Position numbers and translations under genes: made by a program
Part shown: positions 27,437 to 36,255 of the stretch, in pieces
Layout of the letters: the number at the start of each line of letters is the position of its first letter
Position numbering within the stretch: position 1 is the first letter of the stretch
Notes under the pieces: model-generated
Told to the model about the DNA's origin: nothing
Seen by the model: the letters and a program-made list of their open reading frames with translations, nothing else
Databases searched by the model: none
Assembly (NCBI GenBank): GCA_013360985.1
Contig: JABWAM010000001.1
Coordinates: 1-48,419, forward strand
Reading direction: 5' to 3'
DNA length: 48,419 bases
DNA from: Verrucomicrobiia bacterium
GTDB lineage: Bacteria; Verrucomicrobiota; Verrucomicrobiia; JABWAM01

Positions 27437-28360
27437 CTACTCGAACGCGCTGATCACCGGACGCCCCCAGAACCCTTCCGGCAACGGGACGTTCAACACC
27501 CAGAGCGCCGTCGCCGCCGTATCGTAGATCACGACAGGAGCTGAAATCGTGAAATTCTTTTTCACGCCTTTTCCCCAGGCGACCCAGGGGATCTGCACAT
27601 CGGCCGTTTCCGCCGAACCGTGCGTGCCGGCCAGAGTGCCATCCTCCTTTCGTTCATCATGCGATCCGTGATCCGCAGTGAGAAGAAAAACGCTTTCCTC
27701 CAGCGCCCCGGCGGCGGCAACGGCCTCCCGGATGATCTTCAGCGCTTCGTCGCAGTCTTTGAGGGCCTGAATTTTTTGAGGCGACGCGACGCCGTAGGAA
27801 TGTCCGGCGCGGTCGGGATCGGCGAAGTGCAGAAAAACGAGGTTGGGTTTGCGAGTTCCGAATTCTTCCGCGAAACATTCGGCGACCGACTTCGCGTCGC
27901 TTCGGTCCTTCGAGCAGACAAACCAATCCACCGTGCCCGGAATTTCGAGGCATCTGAATTTTTCCTTTCCGACAATCATCGCGGTCTTCAGACCGCGCTC
28001 TTTGGCGAGGCTGAAGATCGTGGGCGCCTTCACGAACCCCCTTTTCGGATCATGCCGGTTCCAGGTGACTTGATGTTTCTGAATCCCGACTCCGGTCAGC
28101 ATGGAGACATGGGAAGGCAGGGTGATGCTGGGGACGATGGTGTAGGCTTCCCAGGTGCGGGCGCCTTCCCTCGCCATCCGGTGGTATTCCGGCAACTCCG
28201 TTCTCTGGAGCAGATCGGGATTCCCCTGATCGTAGCTGATGATGAAAACATATCGGGCGGAGGAGGACTCGCCGGCGCCCGCGCCGGCAACGCCGAAAAT
28301 TCCAAGACAGAAAACGAAGATCTGATGGAAACGGATGAAGGAGTGAGTCATGCGTCGCAT
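27437..28360 (-). CDS. alkaline-phosphatase-superfamily nucleotide pyrophosphatase/phosphodiesterase (NPP-like)
   Basis: Signal peptide present. Thr nucleophile region VPSITLPSHVSMLTG. Metal-site motifs FLHFADPDRAGHSYG and LTADHGSHD. G+C is visibly lower (about 50-52% on two hand-counted lines). Confidence 0.8.
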   Translation of the reverse strand: MRRMTHSFIRFHQIFVFCLGIFGVAGAGAGESSSARYVFIISYDQGNPDLLQRTELPEYHRMAREGARTWEAYTIVPSITLPSHVSMLTGVGIQKHQVTWNRHDPKRGFVKAPTIFSLAKERGLKTAMIVGKEKFRCLEIPGTVDWFVCSKDRSDAKSVAECFAEEFGTRKPNLVFLHFADPDRAGHSYGVASPQKIQALKDCDEALKIIREAVAAAGALEESVFLLTADHGSHDERKEDGTLAGTHGSAETADVQIPWVAWGKGVKKNFTISAPVVIYDTAATALWVLNVPLPEGFWGRPVISAFE

Positions 28361-28522
28361 CCGGGCCCCTCGCCCGCCTCGCGGGTTTTTGAAAAGACCA
28401 TGAATGAAACCGTTCGATACGATCCGAACCGGAATCTTTCACGTTCCCCACGCGAAAGGCAGGGAGACTCGGTCCACCTGGATCCCGGACGGTCCATCAA
28501 ATCGGGGGAGCTTCGCCTCGCG

Positions 28523-29704
28523 TCAGGGAGCGGGCGCGATTTCGTCGAGGCTTACGACGCGGCGCTCCATCGCAGACGTGACGGCGGCAAAGCAGATGCG
28601 CGAGCCGCGCAGGGCGGCCGCCGTCGGGCTGATCGGCTCGCGTTCGCCGCGGATTTCGCGGAGGAACTCGCCGAGCATCCGCTTGTGCCCCTTGTCCGGC
28701 TCGGCGGTGAACTGCAGCATGGGGTCTCCACGCGCGGCGGCCTCCTCGCACGCGGCGCGTTTTTTCGCAAGCCAGCCCGACAGTCCGCCTTCGGTCCCGA
28801 TGTTCGGATGCCGGTCGCCGAGCATGGGATAGATCTTCCGCGCCGGCGCGCCCTCGATCCCCGCCGTGCGAACTTCGAGCATGTGATCCACCGCCACGAC
28901 GCCGCCGTTGCCCATGACTTCGAGGAGCTCCTTCGGATAGCCGAACGTGCCGTTGCCTCCCATCAAGATCGAGGCGATCGCCTGATTGCGGAACCGGATG
29001 CTCACGCTGTGATTCAAGATTCCCGAGCCAAAGACTGAAACCGAATCCGCGTCGGCGTCGAGAAACCAACACGCCAAATCGGTGAAGTGCGTCATCTCCC
29101 CCAGCAACAGCCCCACCTTCGCGGCAATCCCCTGGAGATGCACGGCCTTCCAACTCCGCCAGTCGTCGTTGATGCGGATGGAAAGCGCGGGAAGCCCATC
29201 CTCCGCTCCCACAGGAATACGCTCCCATCCCGGCCGCTGGAAGCGCCAGGGGCAAGGGCGCGGCGATTCCATGTGCCGACGGAAGAGATCGCGGGCCTCC
29301 TTCATCGCGGGAGAACATCGGCGGTTATGCCCGACGCAAATCGGCACACCGGCGCCGGCAAACATCGCGTGCGCGCGCAGGCATTCCTCCCACGTCGCGG
29401 CGAGCGGTTTCTCTGTCAACACTGGCTTTTTCAAACGGACCGCCTCTTGAAAAATAGGCAGACGAAAGGTCTCCGAAGTCGCCACGATGGCAAGGTCTAC
29501 GTCGGACGCCGCGAGGGCCTCGCGAAAATCTCGGGTGACGCGCGCCTCCGGCGCGAGGCGGCGGCATTCGGCGAGCGCGGCCTCATCGAGATCGCAGCAA
29601 ACGCGAAGGCGCGCCTCCGGTGTGGCGAGGACATTGGGGAGATGCTGGCTGCGCGCCAACATTCCGCAGCCGATGATTCCAACGCCGAGAGGATGGGATG
29701 CCAT
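28523..29704 (-). CDS. Gfo/Idh/MocA-family NAD(P)-dependent oxidoreductase
   Basis: Internal ATG 29704 gives MASHPLGVGIIGCGMLARSQHLP (Rossmann GxGxxG). The EKP motif is present as VLTEKPLA. Confidence 0.8.
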   Translation of the reverse strand: MASHPLGVGIIGCGMLARSQHLPNVLATPEARLRVCCDLDEAALAECRRLAPEARVTRDFREALAASDVDLAIVATSETFRLPIFQEAVRLKKPVLTEKPLAATWEECLRAHAMFAGAGVPICVGHNRRCSPAMKEARDLFRRHMESPRPCPWRFQRPGWERIPVGAEDGLPALSIRINDDWRSWKAVHLQGIAAKVGLLLGEMTHFTDLACWFLDADADSVSVFGSGILNHSVSIRFRNQAIASILMGGNGTFGYPKELLEVMGNGGVVAVDHMLEVRTAGIEGAPARKIYPMLGDRHPNIGTEGGLSGWLAKKRAACEEAAARGDPMLQFTAEPDKGHKRMLGEFLREIRGEREPISPTAAALRGSRICFAAVTSAMERRVVSLDEIAPAP

Positions 29705-29712
29705 GGATGACT

Positions 29713-29740
29713 CCAAGCCGGGTAAGCGCACGCGGCTTGG
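29713..29740 (-). promoter_or_regulatory. 8-bp-stem hairpin immediately 5' of the oxidoreductase start, downstream of rplK
   Basis: CCAAGCCG-N12-CGGCTTGG. On the mRNA strand it ends 8 nt before ATG 29704. No U-tract follows. Confidence 0.3.
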
Positions 29741-29781
29741 GAACAGCGAGGCCGTGGAGGAGGCGGAAGTTCTTGCGACGG

Positions 29782-30207
29782 TCAATCCACCACGTCGATC
29801 CCCATCGAACGGGCGGTCCCGGCGACGGTGCGATAGGCGGCCTCCTCGCTCGCGCAGTTCATGTCCTTGGCCTTCTTGGCGACGATCTCCATGATCTGCT
29901 TGCGGGTGACCTTGCCCACCTTGTTGCGGTTGGGCTGGCCGCTCGCCGTGGCGATGTTCGCGGCCTTCTTGAGGAGGACCGCCGCCGGAGGCGATTTCGT
30001 GATGAAGGTGAAGGTCTTGTCCTTGTAGACCGTGATGACGACGGGGAGGATCTCGCCAGCCTGCTTCTGCGTGGCGGCGTTGAACTCCTTGCAGAACGCC
30101 ATGATGTTGACGCCCTGCTGCCCGAGCGCGGGACCGACCGGAGGCGCGGGGTTCGCTTGTCCGGCGGCGATCTGGAGGCGGATGATACCGGTGACTTCCT
30201 TGGCCAT
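29782..30207 (-). CDS. rplK: 50S ribosomal protein L11
   Basis: [44 protein letters not shown]. Confidence 0.95.
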   Translation of the reverse strand: MAKEVTGIIRLQIAAGQANPAPPVGPALGQQGVNIMAFCKEFNAATQKQAGEILPVVITVYKDKTFTFITKSPPAAVLLKKAANIATASGQPNRNKVGKVTRKQIMEIVAKKAKDMNCASEEAAYRTVAGTARSMGIDVVD

Positions 30208-30307
30208 ATGAAAAATCGAGACTGGTGGGTTGGAAACTGGCGGATTCGAGGAAAGGGTTAGCGAGGGTTGGCTGGGGGCGTTGGGAAAGGTTCGAGCCTC
30301 GATTTCA

Positions 30308-30868
30308 TCAGGCCTTTTCCACCTGCCAGAACTCGAGCTCCACGGGGGTGGATCGGCCGAAGATGGAGACGGAGACCTTGAGCTTGCCCTTTTCCTGATC
30401 CACCTCCTCGACCACGCCGGTCATGCCCTTGAAGGGGCCGTCGTTCACGTTGAGGGTTTCGCCGCGGTCGAAGTTGACCTTCGGCACGACGCGGTCCTCG
30501 CGGTCCTGAATCTGAACGAGAATCTCGTCCACTTCATGTTTGGGGAGCGGGATGGGGCGCTCGCCGCCGACGAAACCGAGGACGCCGGGGGTTTCGCGGA
30601 TAAAATACCAGGAGCGATCCAGGAGTTTCTCCTGTTCGTCCACCAGTTTCATCTGGATGAGGATATAGCCGGGAAAGAACTTCCGCGTGGTCGTGGCGCG
30701 TTTGCCGCGTTTGACCTCCTCGACGCGCTCGGTCGGGATAAGCACTCGCGTGATGAGATCGGCGACCTCTTCGCGCGCCTTGCGCTTCTCGATGCTGTCG
30801 AGAACCTTCTGCTCCTGCCCAGGGACGCAGTGCAGCACATACCATTGCGGAGGGAGGTCGGCGCTCAT
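30308..30868 (-). CDS. nusG: transcription termination/antitermination factor NusG
   Basis: [14 protein letters not shown] (NGN domain) and the KOW region [45 protein letters not shown]. Confidence 0.93.
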   Translation of the reverse strand: MSADLPPQWYVLHCVPGQEQKVLDSIEKRKAREEVADLITRVLIPTERVEEVKRGKRATTTRKFFPGYILIQMKLVDEQEKLLDRSWYFIRETPGVLGFVGGERPIPLPKHEVDEILVQIQDREDRVVPKVNFDRGETLNVNDGPFKGMTGVVEEVDQEKGKLKVSVSIFGRSTPVELEFWQVEKA

Positions 30869-30878
30869 GGAAAAAACC

Positions 30879-31076
30879 TCATCGGGCGATGATTAGGCTG
30901 AAGCCGCGCCCGATGAGCATGTCGCAAGCGAAGATGAAACCGCCAAGCGCCGCCATCGTGACCACGATCACCACGGTGGACTCCTGGAGCTCCTCCCGCG
31001 TCGGACGGGTGCATTTGAGCACCTCCTCCCGCACTTCGCGGAAAAAGCGGCGAATGTTGTCGAACCACGATTTCAT
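30879..31076 (-). CDS. secE: preprotein translocase subunit SecE
   Basis: 65 aa from the internal ATG 31076, RRFFREVREEVLKCTRPTREELQESTVVIVVTMAALGGFIF. Canonical position between tRNA-Trp and nusG. Confidence 0.8.
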   Translation of the reverse strand: MKSWFDNIRRFFREVREEVLKCTRPTREELQESTVVIVVTMAALGGFIFACDMLIGRGFSLIIAR

Positions 31077-31115
31077 GGGGCATCGGCGGCGTTGCGTTCT
31101 CGAGGAAAAGCAGGC

Positions 31116-31191
31116 TGGCACGGCAGGAGGGACTCGAACCCCCGACCCGCGGTTTTGGAGACCGCTGCTCTACCAACTGAGCTACTGCCGT
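31116..31191 (-). tRNA. tRNA-Trp (anticodon CCA)
   Basis: Hand-folded cloverleaf: acceptor ACGGCAG/CTGCCGT, D arm GCTC-AGTTGGTA-GAGC, anticodon arm GCGGT-CTCCAAA-ACCGC, T loop TTCGAGT. The 3' CCA is encoded. Confidence 0.9.
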
Positions 31192-31204
31192 GAGCGTCCG
31201 CCTT

Positions 31205-31360
31205 TCATTTCTTCTCCCGGTGGGGCAGATGTTTTCCGCACCATCGGCAGAACTTCTTGATCTCCAACCGCTCGCTGCCCTGCACCTTCTTGTTGCGGGT
31301 GGAGATGTAGTTCAGACGCTTGCACTCCGTGCAGGCGAGTTGGATGGCCTCGCGCGGCAT
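31205..31360 (-). CDS. rpmG: 50S ribosomal protein L33 (Zn-ribbon type)
   Basis: Not in the ORF track because it is under 60 aa. Hand translation: MPREAIQLACTECKRLNYISTRNKKVQGSERLEIKKFCRWCGKHLPHREKK. It starts 4 nt after the tuf stop. Confidence 0.88.
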   Translation of the reverse strand: MPREAIQLACTECKRLNYISTRNKKVQGSERLEIKKFCRWCGKHLPHREKK

Positions 31361-31364
31361 GGGG

Positions 31365-32561
31365 TTAGGCGACGATCTCGCTCACGCGCCCCGCGCCGAC
31401 GGTCTTGCCGCCCTCGCGAATGGCGAAGCGCATCGCCTTCTCCATGGCGACCGGCGTGATCAGTTCGACCTCGAGGGAAACGTTGTCGCCCGGCATCACC
31501 ATCTCGACGCCCTGCGGCAGCTTCACCGAGCCGGTCACGTCCGTCGTGCGGAAGAAGAACTGCGGACGGTAGTTGCTGAAGAACGGCGTGTGACGCCCGC
31601 CCTCGTCCTTGCTGAGGACGTAAACCTCGGCCTTGAACTTGGTGTGCGGAGTGGTCGTGCCGGGCTTCGAGAGCACCTGGCCGCGCTCCACCTCCTCCTT
31701 CTTCGTGCCGCGCAGCAGCGCGCCAATGTTGTCGCCCGCCTGGCCTTCGTCGAGCTCCTTGCGGAACATCTCGACGCCGGTGACGACCGTTTTCACGGTG
31801 GGACGGATGCCGACGATCTCAATCTCCTCGCCCACCTTGATCTTGCCGCGCTCGACGCGGCCGGTGACCACGGTGCCGCGCCCTTCGATCGAGAACACAT
31901 CCTCGACCGGCATCAGGAACGGCTGCTCGACGTCGCGCTGCGGCGTCGGGATATAGCTGTCCACGGCCTCCATGAGCTCCAGGATGCACTTGGTGTCGGC
32001 ATGACTCGGGTCGCCGGCGGCCAACGCCTTGGTCGCGCTGCCTTTGACGATCGGAATCTTGTCTCCCGGAAATTCGTACTGGGTGAGGAGCTCGCGCACT
32101 TCCACCTCGACGAGTTCGAGGAGTTCCTTGTCGTCCACCATGTCGCACTTGTTGAGGAAGACCACGAGAGCGGGAACGCCCACCTGGCGGGCGAGCAGAA
32201 TGTGCTCGCGCGTCTGCGGCATCGGTCCGTCGGCGGCGCTGACCACCAGGATCGCGCCATCCATCTGCGCGGCGCCGGTGATCATGTTCTTCACATAGTC
32301 GGCGTGGCCGGGGCAATCCACGTGCGCGTAATGCCGCTTGTCGGTCTGGTACTCGACGTGGCTGGTGTTGATGGTGATCCCGCGCTCCTTTTCCTCGGGT
32401 GCGTTATCGATCTGGTCGTACGCCCGGGCTTCCGCCATCCCCTTCTTGGCGAGCACGGTGGTGATCGCGGCGGTGAGCGTGGTCTTGCCGTGGTCCACGT
32501 GACCAATCGTGCCGATGTTCACGTGCGGCTTGTTGCGGATGAACTTTTCTTTACCTGCCAT
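31365..32561 (-). CDS. tuf: elongation factor Tu
   Basis: [37 protein letters not shown] and NKCD. 398 aa from the internal ATG 32561. The upstream part of ORF 31365-32804 is read-through of the tRNA-Thr gene. Confidence 0.97.
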   Translation of the reverse strand: MAGKEKFIRNKPHVNIGTIGHVDHGKTTLTAAITTVLAKKGMAEARAYDQIDNAPEEKERGITINTSHVEYQTDKRHYAHVDCPGHADYVKNMITGAAQMDGAILVVSAADGPMPQTREHILLARQVGVPALVVFLNKCDMVDDKELLELVEVEVRELLTQYEFPGDKIPIVKGSATKALAAGDPSHADTKCILELMEAVDSYIPTPQRDVEQPFLMPVEDVFSIEGRGTVVTGRVERGKIKVGEEIEIVGIRPTVKTVVTGVEMFRKELDEGQAGDNIGALLRGTKKEEVERGQVLSKPGTTTPHTKFKAEVYVLSKDEGGRHTPFFSNYRPQFFFRTTDVTGSVKLPQGVEMVMPGDNVSLEVELITPVAMEKAMRFAIREGGKTVGAGRVSEIVA

Positions 32562-32677
32562 AATAAGTGTGGTGTTTGATGTTTCTCCTTGTTTCGCGAA
32601 TCCTCGCGCGCTTCGGGCGCGCGGCGGCCCGCTTGCTCTCGCCCCGTCCTCCCTGTCAATTTCCCTCTTCGGCGAGG

Positions 32678-32753
32678 TGGAGCCCACGACCAGGATTGAA
32701 CTGGTGACCTCGTCCTTACCAAGGACGTGCTCTACCAACTGAGCTACGTGGGC
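32678..32753 (-). tRNA. tRNA-Thr (anticodon GGU)
   Basis: Hand-folded cloverleaf: acceptor GCCCACG/CGTGGGC, anticodon arm CGTCC-TTGGTAA-GGACG, T arm ACCAG-TTCAATC-CTGGT. The 3' CCA is encoded. Confidence 0.9.
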
Positions 32754-32893
32754 GTTCCAGTCTCCCGATCGACCGGGCTCACCGGTCGCCTTCAGCCCTT
32801 CCATGCGGGCCTGAAAAGGCGAAAAAAACTCCTCCCCGTCTTCCTCGCGGAAACGGCAGGGCGAAAATCCCTTTCGTCTTTCGAAGACTGACC

Positions 32894-32922
32894 TTTCTAC
32901 GGTCCCCCTTCGTCCATGTCAA
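32894..32922 (-). promoter_or_regulatory. sigma70-like promoter for the tRNA-Thr-tuf operon
   Basis: On the minus strand: A/T-rich GAGAAAAAAGTTGAGAAAA, then TTGACA (32922-32917), a 17-nt spacer and TAGAAA (32899-32894). It sits about 140 nt upstream of tRNA-Thr. Confidence 0.45.
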
Positions 32923-32955
32923 CCCCCTTTTCTCAACTTTTTTCTCCTCGCGAAA

Positions 32956-35067
32956 TCAGCGCGCGCTTCCCGCCTCGGTCCGCCCGTCGATGCCCACTTT
33001 CAACGGTTCGCCGCCCAACGGGATCGCGCCGATGTCCGGTCGCGTCGCGCCTTCGGGACGCAACGGATCGGGCCACTCCTGGGGCAACGTCACCCCAGCC
33101 TTGACGGCCGGACTGTCGGGCCGCAGACGGAGGTCCACCCGATCGGCGAGGTTGGTGCTGAAGGCCACGAACTTCGGGTCGCCGATGACCGAGTGCGCAT
33201 CCCAACCCGCGGCGTAGCGGACCTTGTTCGACTCGGAGAGCGGATGCGTGCGGCTCGACTCGTAATAGTTGGCGGGGATCTTTACGTCGGGATCCGAATG
33301 CCAGTGCAGGTTGCCGTCCATGACGAGGTTGGCGGCGTCGCGCTGGAAGCCCCAGGCCTTCGGGTACTGTTTTCCGCCGCCCACGAACACGTGGAGATTG
33401 TTGAATACGCGCCGTTCAGCCTCGGGATCAAAATGGAACGCCATGCCCGCGGTGTAGCTGTTCAACGCGTGTCCCATCTGGGTGAGCGTGGTGTTCTGGT
33501 ACAGGTAAATGTGTTCCATCGAGATGATGTGGTCGGGGTTGTGGACGAGCCATGCGAGATGTCCGGGGAAAATATGACCCTGCGGCTTCTTGTCGGTCGG
33601 ACGGTTGAACTGCAGGTTCCGCCGCATGTCCACCACGTTGCGGTACAGGTAGATCTTGCCGCCCGGACCGCCGCGCGCGTGCGCGCCGAATCCCGCGACG
33701 CATTGACGAATCAGATTTTGGTAAACGGAGAGGCCGTCGGTGACGTATGGCGTCGGGCTCGACACGTACACGGCGTCGTCCTGCATGTTGTCCACGAGAT
33801 TGTGATGGAACCGGATGTCGCGGCCCGACAGATAGACGCCATCGTGGCCGTCGGTGAACTCGCAATACGCGATGTCCCAGGTGTGATTGAGCGGATAGTA
33901 GAACGTCTCGAACTCGAATCCGCCCTCGGTGGCCAGCACGGCGTGCGTGGGCAACCGCGAAATATGGCGGACGACGCGCTTCTCTTGCTTGCCTTTACCG
34001 GGGATCTCCGGCTCCGCTTCCTGGCCAATGAACGGCGGATAGATCTTCGGCGAATACGCGTACGAGACGTTCTCGGTGCGGAACATCCACGGCGCGATCA
34101 TCCCGAACACGCCGCAGTTCGTCATTTTCAGCGGGCCGGCGCCCTTCGCCCAGATGCCGTACGTGCCCGCGTAGATCGTGCAACGATCGAACGCGATATC
34201 CACGCCGAAGTTGAGTTTGACGGTGATGTAACCGCCGCCGCGGATGACGAGGTCCTGGAACCGCACGTGCATCGCTTGCGAAACGCGCAGCGGGATCGAA
34301 TCCACCGGCGCCACCACCAAGGGCAGCTTGCGCGGGTCGGTTTCTCCCTGGTAATGAACGAGCTTGTGGCCGACCGACTCGGGCAGTTCGAGTTTCGTGT
34401 GGGCCAGGCGCGCGTGGATGCGGCCCGTCTGTTTGTCGTACCAGAGGCCGGGGCCGCAGTACATCGGCTCGACGAATTTCTTAGGATTCGGGATCCACAA
34501 CTCGTTCGTGGCCTGCATGTCCATGCGATACCAGTACGTCTGGAGACCGACGTTCGAGTCACCGAAGAGGCCGACGACATCACGGATGTTCCTGTACGTG
34601 ACGGTGGAGCGATATTCGCCCTCGACGCCGTCGTTCACCGGCTCCCAAGCCTTGCCGGGCGCATTCTGAAACTCGGGGAACCCGCCGTCAATGATCGCCA
34701 CTTCGCCCGGAAACGAGCGAAGGATGATCGGCTTCTCGGGCGCGCCCGCCACGGCGCAATACACGTTCTCGAAATAACTCCCGCCTCGCAGGTAAAGCGT
34801 GTCGCCGGCGGCGATCTGACGCAGGGCATGATTGATGGTTTTCCATGGCGCCTTCTCGCTGCCGTCGTTCGCGTCGCTGCCGCGCGCGGCGTCCACGAAA
34901 CGGGCGGGGCCTTCAGCCCTCGGCCGCTGCGACGGCGTCGGCAACGGTCGCTGGGGTTCATGAGACAAGAACGGTCGGGCCGAGTCCGCGGCGCGCGCGA
35001 TGCCCGCGAACGGAAGCATGCCCAGGGCGAACGCAACGGCCGGGAGGAGGGAGGGAATCGGGCTCAT
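32956..35067 (-). CDS. secreted right-handed parallel beta-helix protein (polysaccharide lyase/hydrolase-like)
   Basis: ATG 35067 lies 2 nt after the upstream stop and gives the signal peptide MSPIPSLLPAVAFALGMLPFAGIARA. GSDANDGSEKAPWKTINHALRQIAAGDTLYLRGGSY is typical of pectate-lyase-fold proteins. ORF 32956-35592 was trimmed. Confidence 0.7.
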   Translation of the reverse strand: MSPIPSLLPAVAFALGMLPFAGIARAADSARPFLSHEPQRPLPTPSQRPRAEGPARFVDAARGSDANDGSEKAPWKTINHALRQIAAGDTLYLRGGSYFENVYCAVAGAPEKPIILRSFPGEVAIIDGGFPEFQNAPGKAWEPVNDGVEGEYRSTVTYRNIRDVVGLFGDSNVGLQTYWYRMDMQATNELWIPNPKKFVEPMYCGPGLWYDKQTGRIHARLAHTKLELPESVGHKLVHYQGETDPRKLPLVVAPVDSIPLRVSQAMHVRFQDLVIRGGGYITVKLNFGVDIAFDRCTIYAGTYGIWAKGAGPLKMTNCGVFGMIAPWMFRTENVSYAYSPKIYPPFIGQEAEPEIPGKGKQEKRVVRHISRLPTHAVLATEGGFEFETFYYPLNHTWDIAYCEFTDGHDGVYLSGRDIRFHHNLVDNMQDDAVYVSSPTPYVTDGLSVYQNLIRQCVAGFGAHARGGPGGKIYLYRNVVDMRRNLQFNRPTDKKPQGHIFPGHLAWLVHNPDHIISMEHIYLYQNTTLTQMGHALNSYTAGMAFHFDPEAERRVFNNLHVFVGGGKQYPKAWGFQRDAANLVMDGNLHWHSDPDVKIPANYYESSRTHPLSESNKVRYAAGWDAHSVIGDPKFVAFSTNLADRVDLRLRPDSPAVKAGVTLPQEWPDPLRPEGATRPDIGAIPLGGEPLKVGIDGRTEAGSAR

Positions 35068-35069
35068 TT

Positions 35070-36239
35070 TTAATCGGGAAGGCATTGGCGAAAGACGCGC
35101 AGGAAATTTTCTCCAAGGATCTTGCGGATCTCGGGCGGACGAAAGCCGCGTCGGACCAATTCGGCGGTCAGCACCGGCAGCTTGTCCACGCGATCGATCT
35201 CGCAGATATCGCCGAGATCGTAGTCCGTTCCCACGCCCACGTGATCCACGCCGGCCACGTCCACCATGCGCGCGATCTGATCCACGAGTTTTCCGACACT
35301 GACGCGGACGATCTTCGTGCCATCCTCCACCGCGCCGCCGAGCGCCTTCGGCCAGGCGTTCGGATCGAAGCGGCGCGCGAGAAATTCGTATGGGTCCTTG
35401 TAACGCCGCTCCAACTCCGTAACCTTTTCGCGGAGAAACTTTTGACGGAAGGCGCGGAGATCGGCGCGCGCGCCATCCGATCCCGCGATGAATCGCGAGG
35501 AAAAATGCGCGCCGACCACTCCGCCCGTGTCGGCAATCGCGCGGAGCTGGTCGTCGGCGCAGTTGCGTTCGACGTCCACCAACGCCCGGCAACAGGTGTG
35601 GGAATCAATCACGGGACGCGTCGCGACCCGCAGCGCGTCGCGGAAACAGCGGTCATTCGCGTGCGCGAGGTCCACCACCATGCCGAGCCGTTCCATTTCT
35701 CGGAGGATCTCCCTGCCCAGCGGCCGCAATCCGACGCGCGGATCGCCGCCGCAATATCCGCCCACGCGCGGATCGCGAAGGAACGGATGCGCCGCGCGGA
35801 CGCCGACGCGCTGGTAGGTTCGCAGCATCGCGAGGTCGCCGTGGATCGGCGCGCCGGTCAGGTGCAGGAGGATGCCGAGTTTACCTTCCCGCAACGCGCG
35901 GTCGAGATCGCCTTTCGTGCGAAGGATCCGCGCATGTGGATGCCGCTCGGCCTCCGCGATCAACGCGTCGAAACAGCGCAGCATGTACTCGATTTCCGCC
36001 GCGCCGCTGAAATGGCTCGGACAATTGTTGCCGTGCGAATAGACAACGACGTCCACGCCGCCCTCGCGGAGCAACGGGACGCTCTGCTGCGCCCACGGAC
36101 GGCGCTGGATAAACATCCGTCGCGCCGACGCCGTTCCGGCGCCATAGTCGAGCCATGGGTTGACGTACCCGAGAACCACGGGCGCGGCGCGGTGGAGCGC
36201 GCGAACGCGGGACGAAATCGCGCGGGATTGGGGTTTCAT
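35070..36239 (-). CDS. membrane-dipeptidase (peptidase M19)-family protein, atypical N-terminal metal site
   Basis: GMVVDLAHANDRCFRDAL, RPVIDSHTCCRAL...ERNCADDQLRAIADTGGVVG, GVDHVGVGTDYD and ILGENFLRVF match M19. The N-terminal HxD motif is not visible (LGYVNPW). Confidence 0.7.
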   Translation of the reverse strand: MKPQSRAISSRVRALHRAAPVVLGYVNPWLDYGAGTASARRMFIQRRPWAQQSVPLLREGGVDVVVYSHGNNCPSHFSGAAEIEYMLRCFDALIAEAERHPHARILRTKGDLDRALREGKLGILLHLTGAPIHGDLAMLRTYQRVGVRAAHPFLRDPRVGGYCGGDPRVGLRPLGREILREMERLGMVVDLAHANDRCFRDALRVATRPVIDSHTCCRALVDVERNCADDQLRAIADTGGVVGAHFSSRFIAGSDGARADLRAFRQKFLREKVTELERRYKDPYEFLARRFDPNAWPKALGGAVEDGTKIVRVSVGKLVDQIARMVDVAGVDHVGVGTDYDLGDICEIDRVDKLPVLTAELVRRGFRPPEIRKILGENFLRVFRQCLPD

Positions 36240-36255
36240 CGGAAAGGCTTCGGGA

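Noticed and set aside
28372-28392. CCCGC-CTC-GCGGG followed by TTTTT, which looks like a plus-strand intrinsic terminator
   Set aside because: No plus-strand gene lies upstream. The stem is only 5 bp. It sits in the 5' region of the minus-strand NPP gene and is probably incidental or part of that gene's promoter or leader.
31116-32753. tRNA-Trp and tRNA-Thr as integration hot-spots with adjacent islands
   Set aside because: Both sit in the universally conserved tuf/secE context. I noticed no integrase or duplicated tRNA 3' end nearby.
32562-32804. N-terminal extension of the EF-Tu ORF (479 aa in the track)
   Set aside because: The extension (…[23 protein letters not shown]…) is the in-frame translation of the tRNA-Thr gene and the leader. 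The canonical EF-Tu N-terminus MAGKEKF starts at 32561.
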